DNA from: a virus
Taxonomy: Duplodnaviria > Caudoviricetes
IMG/VR virus record: IMGVR_UViG_3300035208_002115
Length of the DNA: 64,000 nucleotides
Direction: 5' to 3' (one strand)
This document shows, in pieces, positions 35,084 to 43,839 of this stretch. Under the pieces are notes generated by a model, which worked only from the letters and a program-made list of their open reading frames with translations, was not told the origin of the DNA and did no database searches. Each line of letters starts with the position of its first letter. Within the stretch, counting starts at the first letter, position 1. The position numbers and the translations under genes are program-made.

Positions 35084-35157
35084 TGTTGTGAGAGGGATTT
35101 GAACCCCCGACCCCAACCTTATCAGGGTTGTATTCTAACCAACTGAACTACCACAAC
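35084..35157 (-). tRNA. tRNA-Ile(GAT)
   Basis: CAACC-CT-GAT-AA-GGTTG. Confidence 0.95.
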
Positions 35158-35261
35158 ATTTTATTTTTGGGTTTATTAAATTACTCATCTGAGTCCGTTA
35201 CCATAGGTAACCATCTACTTTCCATAATATAAATAACCCAATACATCAAAGAACATTTTTG

Positions 35262-35347
35262 CAGGGATGGTAGGGTTCGAACCCACACGGAATAAATCCG
35301 ACTTCGGTTTTGGAGACCGATGCCTTGCCAATTGAGGCTACATCCCT
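35262..35347 (-). tRNA. tRNA-Trp(CCA) with long variable arm
   Basis: TCGGT-CT-CCA-AA-ACCGA; variable arm CGGA-TTTAT-TCCG. Confidence 0.85.
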
Positions 35348-35358
35348 ATATCAAAGAA

Positions 35359-35589
35359 CTAACTAAGTTCTATAAAAGTGCCGTTTTCAATACCTTTTCG
35401 AATCCATCGCATTAATGTTATCGATTTAAATTCTGGGTCAAGGTATGTGGTTTCAAATTCATCCGTCATACTATCAATCTCTAATTGATATTGATGGTTT
35501 TCTGTATTAATTTTGTAATACACCTTACCATGACATACATGGGATAATTTTGCTACCGTTCCCTTTACAATCGTTGTGATATTTTCCAT
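35359..35589 (-). CDS. Hypothetical phage protein
   Basis: ITLMRWIRK motif. Confidence 0.7.
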   Translation of the reverse strand: MENITTIVKGTVAKLSHVCHGKVYYKINTENHQYQLEIDSMTDEFETTYLDPEFKSITLMRWIRKGIENGTFIELS

Positions 35590-35605
35590 CGTTTACTTTT
35601 TATTT

Positions 35606-35998
35606 TTAAACACCTCTATAATATTTACTTCTTGGTCTTCCTTTTTTGTTAGCACCTTTATAGGTTTTTGTTAATGAATGACAATTTGGACATAATAGTT
35701 TCAAATTTTCTTCTTTGTTATTAGTAAAATCACCATCAATATGTTCTAATTCAATTGGTATATTACCTGTAAATTGATTTCTTTCATTCCATCCACATTC
35801 CATACATTTCTCACCATGTTTTTTAATTAAATATTGTTTAATATACCTTGCCGTTGCTGTTTTTCCCCTCATACCATTTGATTCACCATTTAACCAAAGT
35901 CGTATTTTTTCATTTGTCTGGTATTCTTGTTGACATTTATATGAACAATATTTTTCAGCATATTTTGGTATCTGTTCACCACAATTTATACATTCCAT
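35606..35998 (-). CDS. HNH endonuclease within tRNA cluster
   Basis: CINC..YCSYKC; CMECG; LEHIDGDFTNN..ENL.LLCPNCH. Confidence 0.9.
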   Translation of the reverse strand: MECINCGEQIPKYAEKYCSYKCQQEYQTNEKIRLWLNGESNGMRGKTATARYIKQYLIKKHGEKCMECGWNERNQFTGNIPIELEHIDGDFTNNKEENLKLLCPNCHSLTKTYKGANKKGRPRSKYYRGV

Positions 35999-36093
35999 TA
36001 AATAATATTATTTTTTAGAATATATAATTTTATATCATGAAAGTTTGTAAACCAACATAATAAACACCACATTAATAAATCAAAGAACGTTAG

Positions 36094-36179
36094 CGGAAGT
36101 AGTAGGACTCGAACCCACAAGCCGTTTTATCGACATACTTCTTTTCAAGAGAAGCCCTTCATCCAGCCAGATTACTTCC
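36094..36179 (-). tRNA. tRNA-Ser(TGA)
   Basis: CTTCT-CT-TGA-AA-AGAAG; long variable arm; G73. Confidence 0.9.
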
Positions 36180-36204
36180 AATATTTCAAAGAACAAATTA
36201 TACC

Positions 36205-36237
36205 AAAAAAAAAGTCCAAACTTTCGTCTGGACTTTC
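36205..36237 (-). terminator. Intrinsic terminator (candidate attenuator) upstream of first tRNA
   Basis: AGTCCAGAC-GAAA-GTTTGGACT followed by a U-tract. Confidence 0.85.
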
Positions 36238-36266
36238 CTGTCATTTATATGAGTTCTTTTCGTGTT

Positions 36267-36386
36267 CTACAAGCAAAGAAATTCAGATTTTAGACAATAT
36301 AGTCCAGTCCCATTATGGCTAATAAACCATTTATGGCGTTTCACTGAGGAAACTATTGAGCTAATATGACTAAAACTTTTCAACAT
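36267..36386 (-). CDS. Candidate attenuation leader peptide (39 aa)
   Basis: MLKSFSHISSIVSSVKRHKWFISHNGTGLYCLKSEFLCL; overlaps the antiterminator strand CTGGACT-ATA-TTGTC. Confidence 0.6.
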   Translation of the reverse strand: MLKSFSHISSIVSSVKRHKWFISHNGTGLYCLKSEFLCL

Positions 36387-36459
36387 ACTTAAAATTATTA
36401 ATTACTCATTTTTGTTTATATATTCGGAAAAAAATACGTCTTTTTTCCAAATCGTTCTG

Positions 36460-36467
36460 CAAATGTA
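36460..36467 (-). promoter_or_regulatory. Bacteroidota -7 element TACATTTG, likely tRNA-operon promoter
   Basis: TAnnTTTG with TTTG 23 nt upstream. Confidence 0.6.
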
Positions 36468-36688
36468 AATCTTTATACTGAATAAAAAAACAAAAGTTGC
36501 AATTATTTTCTAATTATTTTTTGCTTCGGCATCTCTTTGTTTCAAAAAGAATTTATAATATTCTCTTGTATAGGGAGTTGCATAGTTAAATTCTTCTTGT
36601 TCTTTTTCAGTAATTATTTTCTTTCTTTTAAATAAGCACATAATTATATTTATTTTTTTAGTATATAGATATTTTCTTTTTTTATAAC

Positions 36689-37015
36689 TTATTCGACAAT
36701 AAATGAATCCTTATCTATTTTTTTAATGAGTTTACCATTAAAATTATATGTAGAATTATAAACAATATCATCCCCAATTTTTAGGTTTTCAATATATTTT
36801 TTCTTATTATTTTTATTTTTAATTATTTCAAGTGTGTATCTGGGAATAGCAAGAATGAAAGCCATAAATAATATACCAAATTCCAATACTATTATAGAAT
36901 CACTGAGATTAATTACTTTATAATACACATAAAACCACATAACACCTGCAATAATAATATAACACCCACCTAATGTAATTAATAATATGTTTAATATTAA
37001 AATCATTTTTTTCAT
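36689..37015 (-). CDS. Two-TM membrane protein
   Basis: ORF track; hydrophobic N-terminus. Confidence 0.65.
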   Translation of the reverse strand: MKKMILILNILLITLGGCYIIIAGVMWFYVYYKVINLSDSIIVLEFGILFMAFILAIPRYTLEIIKNKNNKKKYIENLKIGDDIVYNSTYNFNGKLIKKIDKDSFIVE

Positions 37016-37033
37016 TATTCAAGATTTAAGATA

Positions 37034-37447
37034 TTACATTTTTTTTGGTAAATCAAACATAGTAAATAACACAGTCCAGAATTCTTCCATAGAATCAGAA
37101 AAATTCTCAATAGATTCAAAAAAATCTTCTGAATTTTCTTCTGATACTAAAGAGGCTTTATAAATCTGGCTACCTGTTATTTCATTTGTTACGATGGCAT
37201 ATCCATCTTCTTTAAAATCCAGAAACCACCAATAATTTTTTTCGTCATTAAAGCTCGGTAATCCGAAATAATCGACCATTTTTTCATACTGAATACTAAA
37301 CGGGTTTCTGGTCTTACGATGTTCTTCGGATAATGTATAAAATTTTCTTATAAAAGAAAATGCATTTGATATCGGCTCTAATGTAACACCCAACTCATCA
37401 AAATTATCAAATGTTTCTTTCTTTACCTCGGTTGTTGTTATGAGCAT
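37034..37447 (-). CDS. Hypothetical protein
   Basis: ORF track; TATATTTG upstream. Confidence 0.65.
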   Translation of the reverse strand: MLITTTEVKKETFDNFDELGVTLEPISNAFSFIRKFYTLSEEHRKTRNPFSIQYEKMVDYFGLPSFNDEKNYWWFLDFKEDGYAIVTNEITGSQIYKASLVSEENSEDFFESIENFSDSMEEFWTVLFTMFDLPKKM

Positions 37448-37547
37448 ATAAAATATTTTTATACAAATATATTAAAATAATAAATCACATATAATTTTTT
37501 TAAGTGAATTTATATTTTTATTTTTGTTTAAATAAATAATATCAATT

Positions 37548-37763
37548 ATGAACGAATTAGCTTTGAAATTAAAACAAACAATTATCAGTCAACTCATAAA
37601 AAATGAGCAGATTGTGGATGCTATCTACTTACATAAAGGTAGAAAATCATATTCAAGACGAAATATAGCTACCGAAATAGAGAACGAAACGGAGTTCGGT
37701 ATTGAGTTTCTTGCTGGTATGGTCATGCTTGCCATTGATTTAACAGCAAGACAAAAAAAATAA
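37548..37763 (+). CDS. Hypothetical protein
   Basis: ORF track; TATTTTTG upstream. Confidence 0.65.
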   Translation: MNELALKLKQTIISQLIKNEQIVDAIYLHKGRKSYSRRNIATEIENETEFGIEFLAGMVMLAIDLTARQKK

Positions 37764-38017
37764 TATTTTAGTTTTAATAATTGTATCATTTGATGGGTGG
37801 GACTTTTTAATATTATATTAGCAACATAAACTTTAAACCCAAATACCATGACACACACACACATTCACAAATTTATAACCAAATAACACATCATGTGTTA
37901 ATAGCCAATGAGCATTTTATCAGACAATCTATAATAAATGATAGAATTTCTGAGTTAATCAAAGATATCAAACAATTATGAAAATAACTATTGTAAAGCT
38001 AAAAACAGCTATACCTT

Positions 38018-38662
38018 ATGATACAGAGATTTAATTCATTCACCAATATAAACGAAAATATGTATATTAAAGATAAAATATCATATCTAAAAGAAATTGG
38101 TTATGGTTTGAAACTCGAAAAGGGTATAGGAACTGGTAGAAAAAAAGAAATCATAACATATAGAAACGAATCATTACAGGTTCGCTATACACTATCTATT
38201 TTTAAAATATGGACAGAAACCATGATTGAAGATTATTATGGTGAAAGTTGGAAGGGTGAAAAAGAAGCTGTCGAAAAACTTGGAACAGCAGCTTCCGATA
38301 TTATACCATTACAGACATGGTTAGATTCAGAAACAGAAACCGAAGAAACAGCATTCTTATATGTTATTAATGAATTTAAGACATTATTCAATGCATTGGA
38401 TATAACCAACCCAAATAGTTTTACAACCCAGATTTACTCAATACAAGACCACTTTAATATTGAATCCGTTGTTTCACTGTTAAACGCTAAAAATATAACC
38501 ATCGTTTTAAACAAAGAATGGGAATATTTAGAGGGTTTAATATACAGATGGTATCAAACAGCTAAAGCCATAGATTATATGACAACAGGTGAAGCTGCAC
38601 ATGGTTATATGTCATTTGATAAAATGAAAATAAAAGATTTTCAGAATATATTTTTATCTTAG
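38018..38662 (+). CDS. Hypothetical protein, CTS-like N-terminus
   Basis: MIQRFNSFTNINEN. Confidence 0.7.
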   Translation: MIQRFNSFTNINENMYIKDKISYLKEIGYGLKLEKGIGTGRKKEIITYRNESLQVRYTLSIFKIWTETMIEDYYGESWKGEKEAVEKLGTAASDIIPLQTWLDSETETEETAFLYVINEFKTLFNALDITNPNSFTTQIYSIQDHFNIESVVSLLNAKNITIVLNKEWEYLEGLIYRWYQTAKAIDYMTTGEAAHGYMSFDKMKIKDFQNIFLS

Positions 38663-38721
38663 GGTTAATATCAAACTTTATTTTTTTCTTTTACTATAAG
38701 TAAAAATCATTAGTATTCATA

Positions 38722-38928
38722 ATGGAATTACTTGATGTTTATTGGACAAACAATGTTAACATGTTGGTCATTAATTGTGATTGTGGTAAACAATTCGATT
38801 ACCCATCTAATTATTCTTTAATAGAATGTCCTGAGTGTGGATATAAAGAAATTTGGCATGAAGATGGTTTAAATATTGAAGAATTAAAAGGCTACAAATT
38901 GGTAAAAAATAAAATTATAAAATGGTAA
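38722..38928 (+). CDS. Zn-ribbon protein
   Basis: CDCG...CPECG. Confidence 0.7.
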   Translation: MELLDVYWTNNVNMLVINCDCGKQFDYPSNYSLIECPECGYKEIWHEDGLNIEELKGYKLVKNKIIKW

Positions 38929-39326
38929 AAGAACCAAAACAAGTCATTATAATTCGTAAAGACCTAAATCTACGAAAAGGTAAAATGTGCAGTTCAGCTT
39001 CACATGCGAGTTTAAAGGTGTTTTTAGATAAGTTAGTGTGGGCTGGTCAAGAATCTTATGGTGATGCAATTCTTCATATTGAGAAAGACAGTCCAATGTC
39101 TATATGGTTAAATGGTATTTATAAAAAAATAGTGGTGGGTGCTGACACATTAGCTGAAGTAGTCAACGCTTATGAAGAAGCCAAAAGACGAAACATACCA
39201 TGTTCATTAATAACTGATTTAGGATTAACCGAATTCGGTGGAGTGCCTACAATAACTTGTTGTGCAATTGGGCCAGATGATTCAGATAAGATAGATGAAA
39301 TAACAAAAGATTTTAAGCTTTTATAA
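38922..39326 (+). CDS. pth2: Peptidyl-tRNA hydrolase type 2
   Basis: KQVIIIRKDL..RKGK...SHAS, KKIVV, DLGLTEF..PTITCCAIGP, IDEIT..FKLL. Confidence 0.9.
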   Translation: MVKEPKQVIIIRKDLNLRKGKMCSSASHASLKVFLDKLVWAGQESYGDAILHIEKDSPMSIWLNGIYKKIVVGADTLAEVVNAYEEAKRRNIPCSLITDLGLTEFGGVPTITCCAIGPDDSDKIDEITKDFKLL

Positions 39327-39903
39327 TACAATCTATTCCTTTAGATTGAATATATTCACATAATTCTTTTTTGAATTCATCGATTGTTGTATAACCAGTT
39401 ACATTAAATCCTTTATAAATATTTTTATATGGATTAAGGAATTTAATAAAATCTAATTGGTCTTTTTTACTTGCTCCAGAGGTATTATGATAAAGTTCAA
39501 CACGGATTATATAATTTTTAATTTTTTCAATACTTCTATTGGTTCTGGTTTCCATTTCATCTGATTCTTTAGCACCTTTGTAATTCGGTTTAAATTCACC
39601 TTCATAGAAATCGTTATAGGGGAATAATTTATAGTTATTTGAAAGTTTATTACCATCAATAACTATACAAGCTTCCATTGGATAATATTTAGAGTGGTCT
39701 TTATAAAACGTTTTATCTCTGGTAAATGATACACCGTGTTCATCGGCTCTATTAATGGTTCTTGCATCATTTCTAACGGTTCTGTTTGCGCCTTTTAAGT
39801 AATTTTCTTCAAGTATCATATAAACCCCAGCAAAAGATGTCCAATGGTAAAGGTCGCCAACTTGTTTAGATTCATTAATAAAACTGGAAAAAGAATACAT
39901 CAT
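39313..39903 (-). CDS. ART-fold-like protein with CTS-like N-terminus
   Basis: LYHWT, VSFTR, DEMETR pattern; MMYSFSSFINESK. Confidence 0.5.
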   Translation of the reverse strand: MMYSFSSFINESKQVGDLYHWTSFAGVYMILEENYLKGANRTVRNDARTINRADEHGVSFTRDKTFYKDHSKYYPMEACIVIDGNKLSNNYKLFPYNDFYEGEFKPNYKGAKESDEMETRTNRSIEKIKNYIIRVELYHNTSGASKKDQLDFIKFLNPYKNIYKGFNVTGYTTIDEFKKELCEYIQSKGIDCIIKA

Positions 39904-39966
39904 TAAAATAAAATTATTTTTATTTATATATTAAATTTTTATATATAATGAAAAATAAAAATATTT

Positions 39967-40308
39967 ATGAAATACGTTAATACTTTTGAAAACTTCAACA
40001 ATAAAAAAAGAGTACCTAATAGTGGTATGGAAGAAAGAGTGAAGAAATTTAAAGAAATAACTTTAGACGAAGCTAAAGAAATGATTAAAAAATTAAAATG
40101 GGTTAATGCCAAAAATGATGAAGGTTATTTTCCTGAAAATATTTTAGAAAAAGTTCCATCTGGTAGATTCATGGCAACTTTTGGTGGTGGATATTATATT
40201 GGTGAATCTTTTATAACATTAATTACAAATAATACAATTTACATCATACCTGCAACTGAGGAAGAATATGACAATTTAATATCTAATAAAAAAATGTTTA
40301 AAAATTAA
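39967..40308 (+). CDS. Hypothetical protein, CTS-like N-terminus
   Basis: MKYVNTFENF; TATATATAAT upstream. Confidence 0.7.
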   Translation: MKYVNTFENFNNKKRVPNSGMEERVKKFKEITLDEAKEMIKKLKWVNAKNDEGYFPENILEKVPSGRFMATFGGGYYIGESFITLITNNTIYIIPATEEEYDNLISNKKMFKN

Positions 40309-40319
40309 TAAAAATATTT

Positions 40320-40616
40320 TCATTTTATATATCGCACAGTATCTCTAACACTCTTAGCTATTTTATCAATATGTTTTGGGTGTAATGGTGATAGAATTGT
40401 CAATAATCTAAATATTTGGTCATCTATTAAGGTTTCGAGACTTTCATAATCTTCATCTATTAATTTAAAACCATTTATAGTTTTATCGAATCCCTCATAT
40501 TTAGAACGTTCGTATGCATATTTACTGGTTTTTACATTCAAACCAAAATGTTCTTCTTCTGTTATTATTACATCCTTGTTGTTATATTTTGCTATGTTCT
40601 TATCGTCCCGTGACAT
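40320..40616 (-). CDS. Hypothetical protein
   Basis: ORF track. Confidence 0.6.
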   Translation of the reverse strand: MSRDDKNIAKYNNKDVIITEEEHFGLNVKTSKYAYERSKYEGFDKTINGFKLIDEDYESLETLIDDQIFRLLTILSPLHPKHIDKIAKSVRDTVRYIK

Positions 40617-40627
40617 TTTTTATATTT

Positions 40628-40819
40628 TTATTTTTTATTCCAATTACCACCTACCAATTCATATTGTATTTTAAAATCTTTCCAGTTTTCGTCAGAATAT
40701 TCGTCAAATCCATATTTTTGCATCAAATCAAATCGCCTTTGATTACACTCTTTTATAAATTTATCATCTACATCGTTATTATCTGGTAAACCAATTACCA
40801 CAGTGCCAATTTGAAACAT
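40628..40819 (-). CDS. Hypothetical protein
   Basis: ORF track. Confidence 0.55.
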   Translation of the reverse strand: MFQIGTVVIGLPDNNDVDDKFIKECNQRRFDLMQKYGFDEYSDENWKDFKIQYELVGGNWNKK

Positions 40820-40830
40820 ATTATTTAAAA

Positions 40831-41304
40831 TTATTTTTTAAAATGTACTATTGTAACATCCATATCGACTAATTCAGTTTGAATAATATTCTTAATTCTG
40901 TTCCAGTTTCCACCTGCTAAACCTGAACATATGAGTGGCAAACCTATGGTATAGTCTTTATATACATTATTAATTTTTCTCATGCACAGTGTTAACGCCT
41001 CATAATCAACTTTAATAGAATCTGTACCATAATTATATTGAGTGTAAAGATTGAGTATATAACCAGTTATTTCATTCATCGAATTAAAAACTCTACCATA
41101 AGTGAAATTACCCAGTTTTGTGATATCCCTTTTTTTTGTTTCATTATCAGCACGAACAGCATCAGGAATTCTTGCTGCTATTTCTTTAGCTATACCAGAA
41201 CCCATTTTACAAAAACAATTAGCTCCATGTCCTATTAAATCGAACTGACCATCCAAGGCCATATCAATTAGATTACCTTCTATTTCTTTAAAGCTCCCCA
41301 TCAA
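40831..41304 (-). CDS. Macrodomain protein (Poa1p/T4 Tk.4-like)
   Basis: GNL, HGANCFCKMGSGIAK, NLYTQ, PLICSGLAGGNW. Confidence 0.9.
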   Translation of the reverse strand: MMGSFKEIEGNLIDMALDGQFDLIGHGANCFCKMGSGIAKEIAARIPDAVRADNETKKRDITKLGNFTYGRVFNSMNEITGYILNLYTQYNYGTDSIKVDYEALTLCMRKINNVYKDYTIGLPLICSGLAGGNWNRIKNIIQTELVDMDVTIVHFKK

Positions 41305-41743
41305 ATATTTCTTTTAATTTTTCTTTTCTTTCTTTTCTTAAAAATTCCTCATCTCTTAACATATCATATATATAATGGTCTGCTTGTATCGTACAATCTA
41401 CTGTATTAGTAGAATTGACAAGTGAAAACGGCATATCATATGAATTTAAAAAGCAACCATATACAGACATATTACCCTTAAAACTTCTCAATTCCATATC
41501 AAATTTAACAGATGAAACTGGAAAATTAGACACCCTATTTTTATTAAAAGCATCTAAAAAATATTGAAATGCGTTATTACACACCAATGTCATATTAATA
41601 TCTATACTATATGATACTGCTCGTAATGGATATCCAGCATTAATACCCATTCCATTGTTGAGGTTATTCTGGGATATACCGAATGACAAAACATTAAATA
41701 AATAACTTTGACCATCATGAGTTATAATACATTTATCAAACAT
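41288..41743 (-). CDS. Possible tail-tube-like paralog, RxxKL tag
   Basis: VYGCFLNSYD...CTIQADHY; ends ERKEKLKEIF. Confidence 0.5.
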   Translation of the reverse strand: MFDKCIITHDGQSYLFNVLSFGISQNNLNNGMGINAGYPLRAVSYSIDINMTLVCNNAFQYFLDAFNKNRVSNFPVSSVKFDMELRSFKGNMSVYGCFLNSYDMPFSLVNSTNTVDCTIQADHYIYDMLRDEEFLRKERKEKLKEIFDGEL

Positions 41744-41796
41744 CTATAATAATGTCTTTTTTATTATTATAGAAGAAAAATGATGAAAAGTTTTAT

Positions 41797-42192
41797 TTAT
41801 TGATTTTCGGAATCTTTTTCAGCTTTATGAATTTTTTTATCACGATAACTTATCATCTTGGCGCAAATATCAATTATGTCAGCATGAGGATTAACTGCTT
41901 TATGAGCATTCAATCTCTTTTTTATCATATCTATACGTTTTTTATCATTAAACTCATCATCGAGACTTTCTATTTTAAGCTGAGTTACGAGTTGTTTAGA
42001 TGTTCTTTCATCTTCTGGTGTAACTTGGGTATTATCTGATTCATAGAAATTATCATCTATACCACATTCAGTATCATCTTCGATATCTGCCCAACTATCT
42101 TGGTTATAGGATTTGACTCTTTTCACATTATCCGTGTAGTCAATTCCAGTTTCTTCATTAAAGATTGTGTCTAAATCATCATCATATTCCAT
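41797..42192 (-). CDS. Acidic hypothetical protein, paralog of 42272..42583
   Basis: Shared QL..Q.KIESLD...I.I.AKMISY. Confidence 0.7.
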   Translation of the reverse strand: MEYDDDLDTIFNEETGIDYTDNVKRVKSYNQDSWADIEDDTECGIDDNFYESDNTQVTPEDERTSKQLVTQLKIESLDDEFNDKKRIDMIKKRLNAHKAVNPHADIIDICAKMISYRDKKIHKAEKDSENQ

Positions 42193-42194
42193 AT

Positions 42195-42272
42195 TTATAA
42201 ATCGTTAAATAGTGATTTAATTTTTTCTCGTCTTAATTCTCGGATGTTTAATTGTATTACCCGAATAAACAT
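42195..42272 (-). CDS. 25-aa micropeptide, essentially the RxxKI tag alone
   Basis: MFIRVIQLNIRELRREKIKSLFNDL; TAATG coupling with the upstream stop. Confidence 0.55.
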   Translation of the reverse strand: MFIRVIQLNIRELRREKIKSLFNDL

Positions 42273-42583
42273 TATTTGTTTTCTTTTTTATTCAGACTTC
42301 TTTGGTAAGATATCATTTTAGCAGCAATTTCAATCACATCATCCACGTCCCTGTATATATTATATCTGGCCTTCAGTTTATTTCGTATCTTTTCTATTTG
42401 GAATTCATCCTGATTTTCACTATCCAAACTTTCAATTTTCACTTGTCGTGTTAATTGTTGTTCAAGCATTTTATCTTTTGGGGATGGAGTTGGTTCTGGT
42501 TGTCCAAATATGTCTATAAATTCTCTTTTGGAATTAATAGTTATTGGTGGGTTTAGTGGTGGTATTTGTTTTAATCTTGCCAT
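42272..42583 (-). CDS. Hypothetical protein, paralog of 41797..42192
   Basis: PITINSKREFIDIFGQP N-terminus; KIESLD/AKMISY. Confidence 0.7.
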   Translation of the reverse strand: MARLKQIPPLNPPITINSKREFIDIFGQPEPTPSPKDKMLEQQLTRQVKIESLDSENQDEFQIEKIRNKLKARYNIYRDVDDVIEIAAKMISYQRSLNKKENK

Positions 42584-42912
42584 ATTTCTTTTATTTTTTC
42601 GGGTCTTAATAAAATTTTAAGTTTATTATCTTTTTTTGGATAAAATATTATAAATAAGTTATCAATTGATTGATGTACCACTGGTGGATGTTGAATATAT
42701 AAATTTAATTCTTTATTAAGAATTTTACATATTTTTATAAGATATGTTAATTTCGGAACAGGATATATAATAATTTTATAATATGGGAAAAACCCAACAC
42801 TGTTTCGATAAGTATCTTTTTCTATAATGACAGAATCATATACCCATTTGGTATGTTTTGAATATTTTTCACTTATTTTTTTTAACACTTCTCTTATTTT
42901 ATATTCTAACAT
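42571..42912 (-). CDS. Hypothetical protein, RxxKI tag
   Basis: Ends LRPEKIKEIW; TAAATTTG upstream. Confidence 0.65.
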   Translation of the reverse strand: MLEYKIREVLKKISEKYSKHTKWVYDSVIIEKDTYRNSVGFFPYYKIIIYPVPKLTYLIKICKILNKELNLYIQHPPVVHQSIDNLFIIFYPKKDNKLKILLRPEKIKEIWQD

Positions 42913-43000
42913 ATAGCAAATTTAAATAAAAAATGTGGCATTACAAACACCACATTTTCAAATTTATGGCACTAAAACAAAAAAGTACCAATTTATAGTA

Positions 43001-43813
43001 TTAAATTACCTCTCCACAAACTGGACAATGTTTCCATTTATCATTCCTAACACGGTATCCACAATTAGTGCAATATTGTTTTATTTCCTTCATTGTTTTA
43101 TTTTTTTTGGATACAGGAATAATTTGTAATTCACATGTATGGAAAGCCCAAGATTGTTGATTAAAATTAGTATAATCAAATGTTTGATTTGATACACCAC
43201 CTTTTCCAACTACACCAGTTTCCATCATATCTAAACAACACGTAGAGAATGTACTATTTAATGGTGCAGAATTTGTAGTATTACAATTAACATCAGAACT
43301 ATAATAACATGATGATGTGGTTATAGTACCACCCGTTAAATTAAAAATTCCATTACCAGCTAATGTTGTAGTACCATAATAATAAGGTGTTCCAGTACTC
43401 CCCCAGTAAGGTGGATTCCAGTGAGGTGTATTTATAGTTATACTACCGTGTGTTAGAACTGGTTGTTCTTTATAACATTTGATTTCAACCTTCCCATTAT
43501 TGGCAATAATATCTTTTATTTGCTGAGTATCTTCAACATCATAAGTCTCAAATAAAAATTTTTTACTTTCATCTAAGTACCTATCAAGAAATACCCTTTC
43601 GGCTGGCCTTAAAATCAATAGACTATTAGAAATCTTTTTACTATTAAGTAAAATTTCTACTCCGATGGTTTCATTTTGATTGTTAAAAATTTCCAACTCA
43701 AAAGTGTCACCATTATTAAGATAGACATTTTTCTTGTCATAAATTTTAAGACGACTCTTGTTTTTTGTGATGAATAAATCAGGTACGGACGTACCATTAG
43801 CTAAATGTGTCAT
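43001..43813 (-). CDS. Conserved phage protein with low-complexity linker and C-terminal Zn ribbon
   Basis: RVFLDRYLD; CTNCG...CPVCG. Confidence 0.75.
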   Translation of the reverse strand: MTHLANGTSVPDLFITKNKSRLKIYDKKNVYLNNGDTFELEIFNNQNETIGVEILLNSKKISNSLLILRPAERVFLDRYLDESKKFLFETYDVEDTQQIKDIIANNGKVEIKCYKEQPVLTHGSITINTPHWNPPYWGSTGTPYYYGTTTLAGNGIFNLTGGTITTSSCYYSSDVNCNTTNSAPLNSTFSTCCLDMMETGVVGKGGVSNQTFDYTNFNQQSWAFHTCELQIIPVSKKNKTMKEIKQYCTNCGYRVRNDKWKHCPVCGEVI

Positions 43814-43839
43814 AATTAACTCCTTCTTTTGTTTTTTGT

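Noticed and set aside
35606-35998. IscB/TnpB-type RNA-guided nuclease paired with the nearby ncRNA
   Set aside because: 130-aa stand-alone HNH with no RuvC motifs, separated from the RNA by four tRNAs.
36094-36179. Selenocysteine or opal suppressor tRNA
   Set aside because: The anticodon is TGA (reads UCA, Ser), not TCA, and the acceptor stem is 7 bp.
36205-36420. T-box riboswitch
   Set aside because: No T-box consensus (AAnnnGGGTGGnACC) or specifier stem seen; a leader-peptide model fits better.
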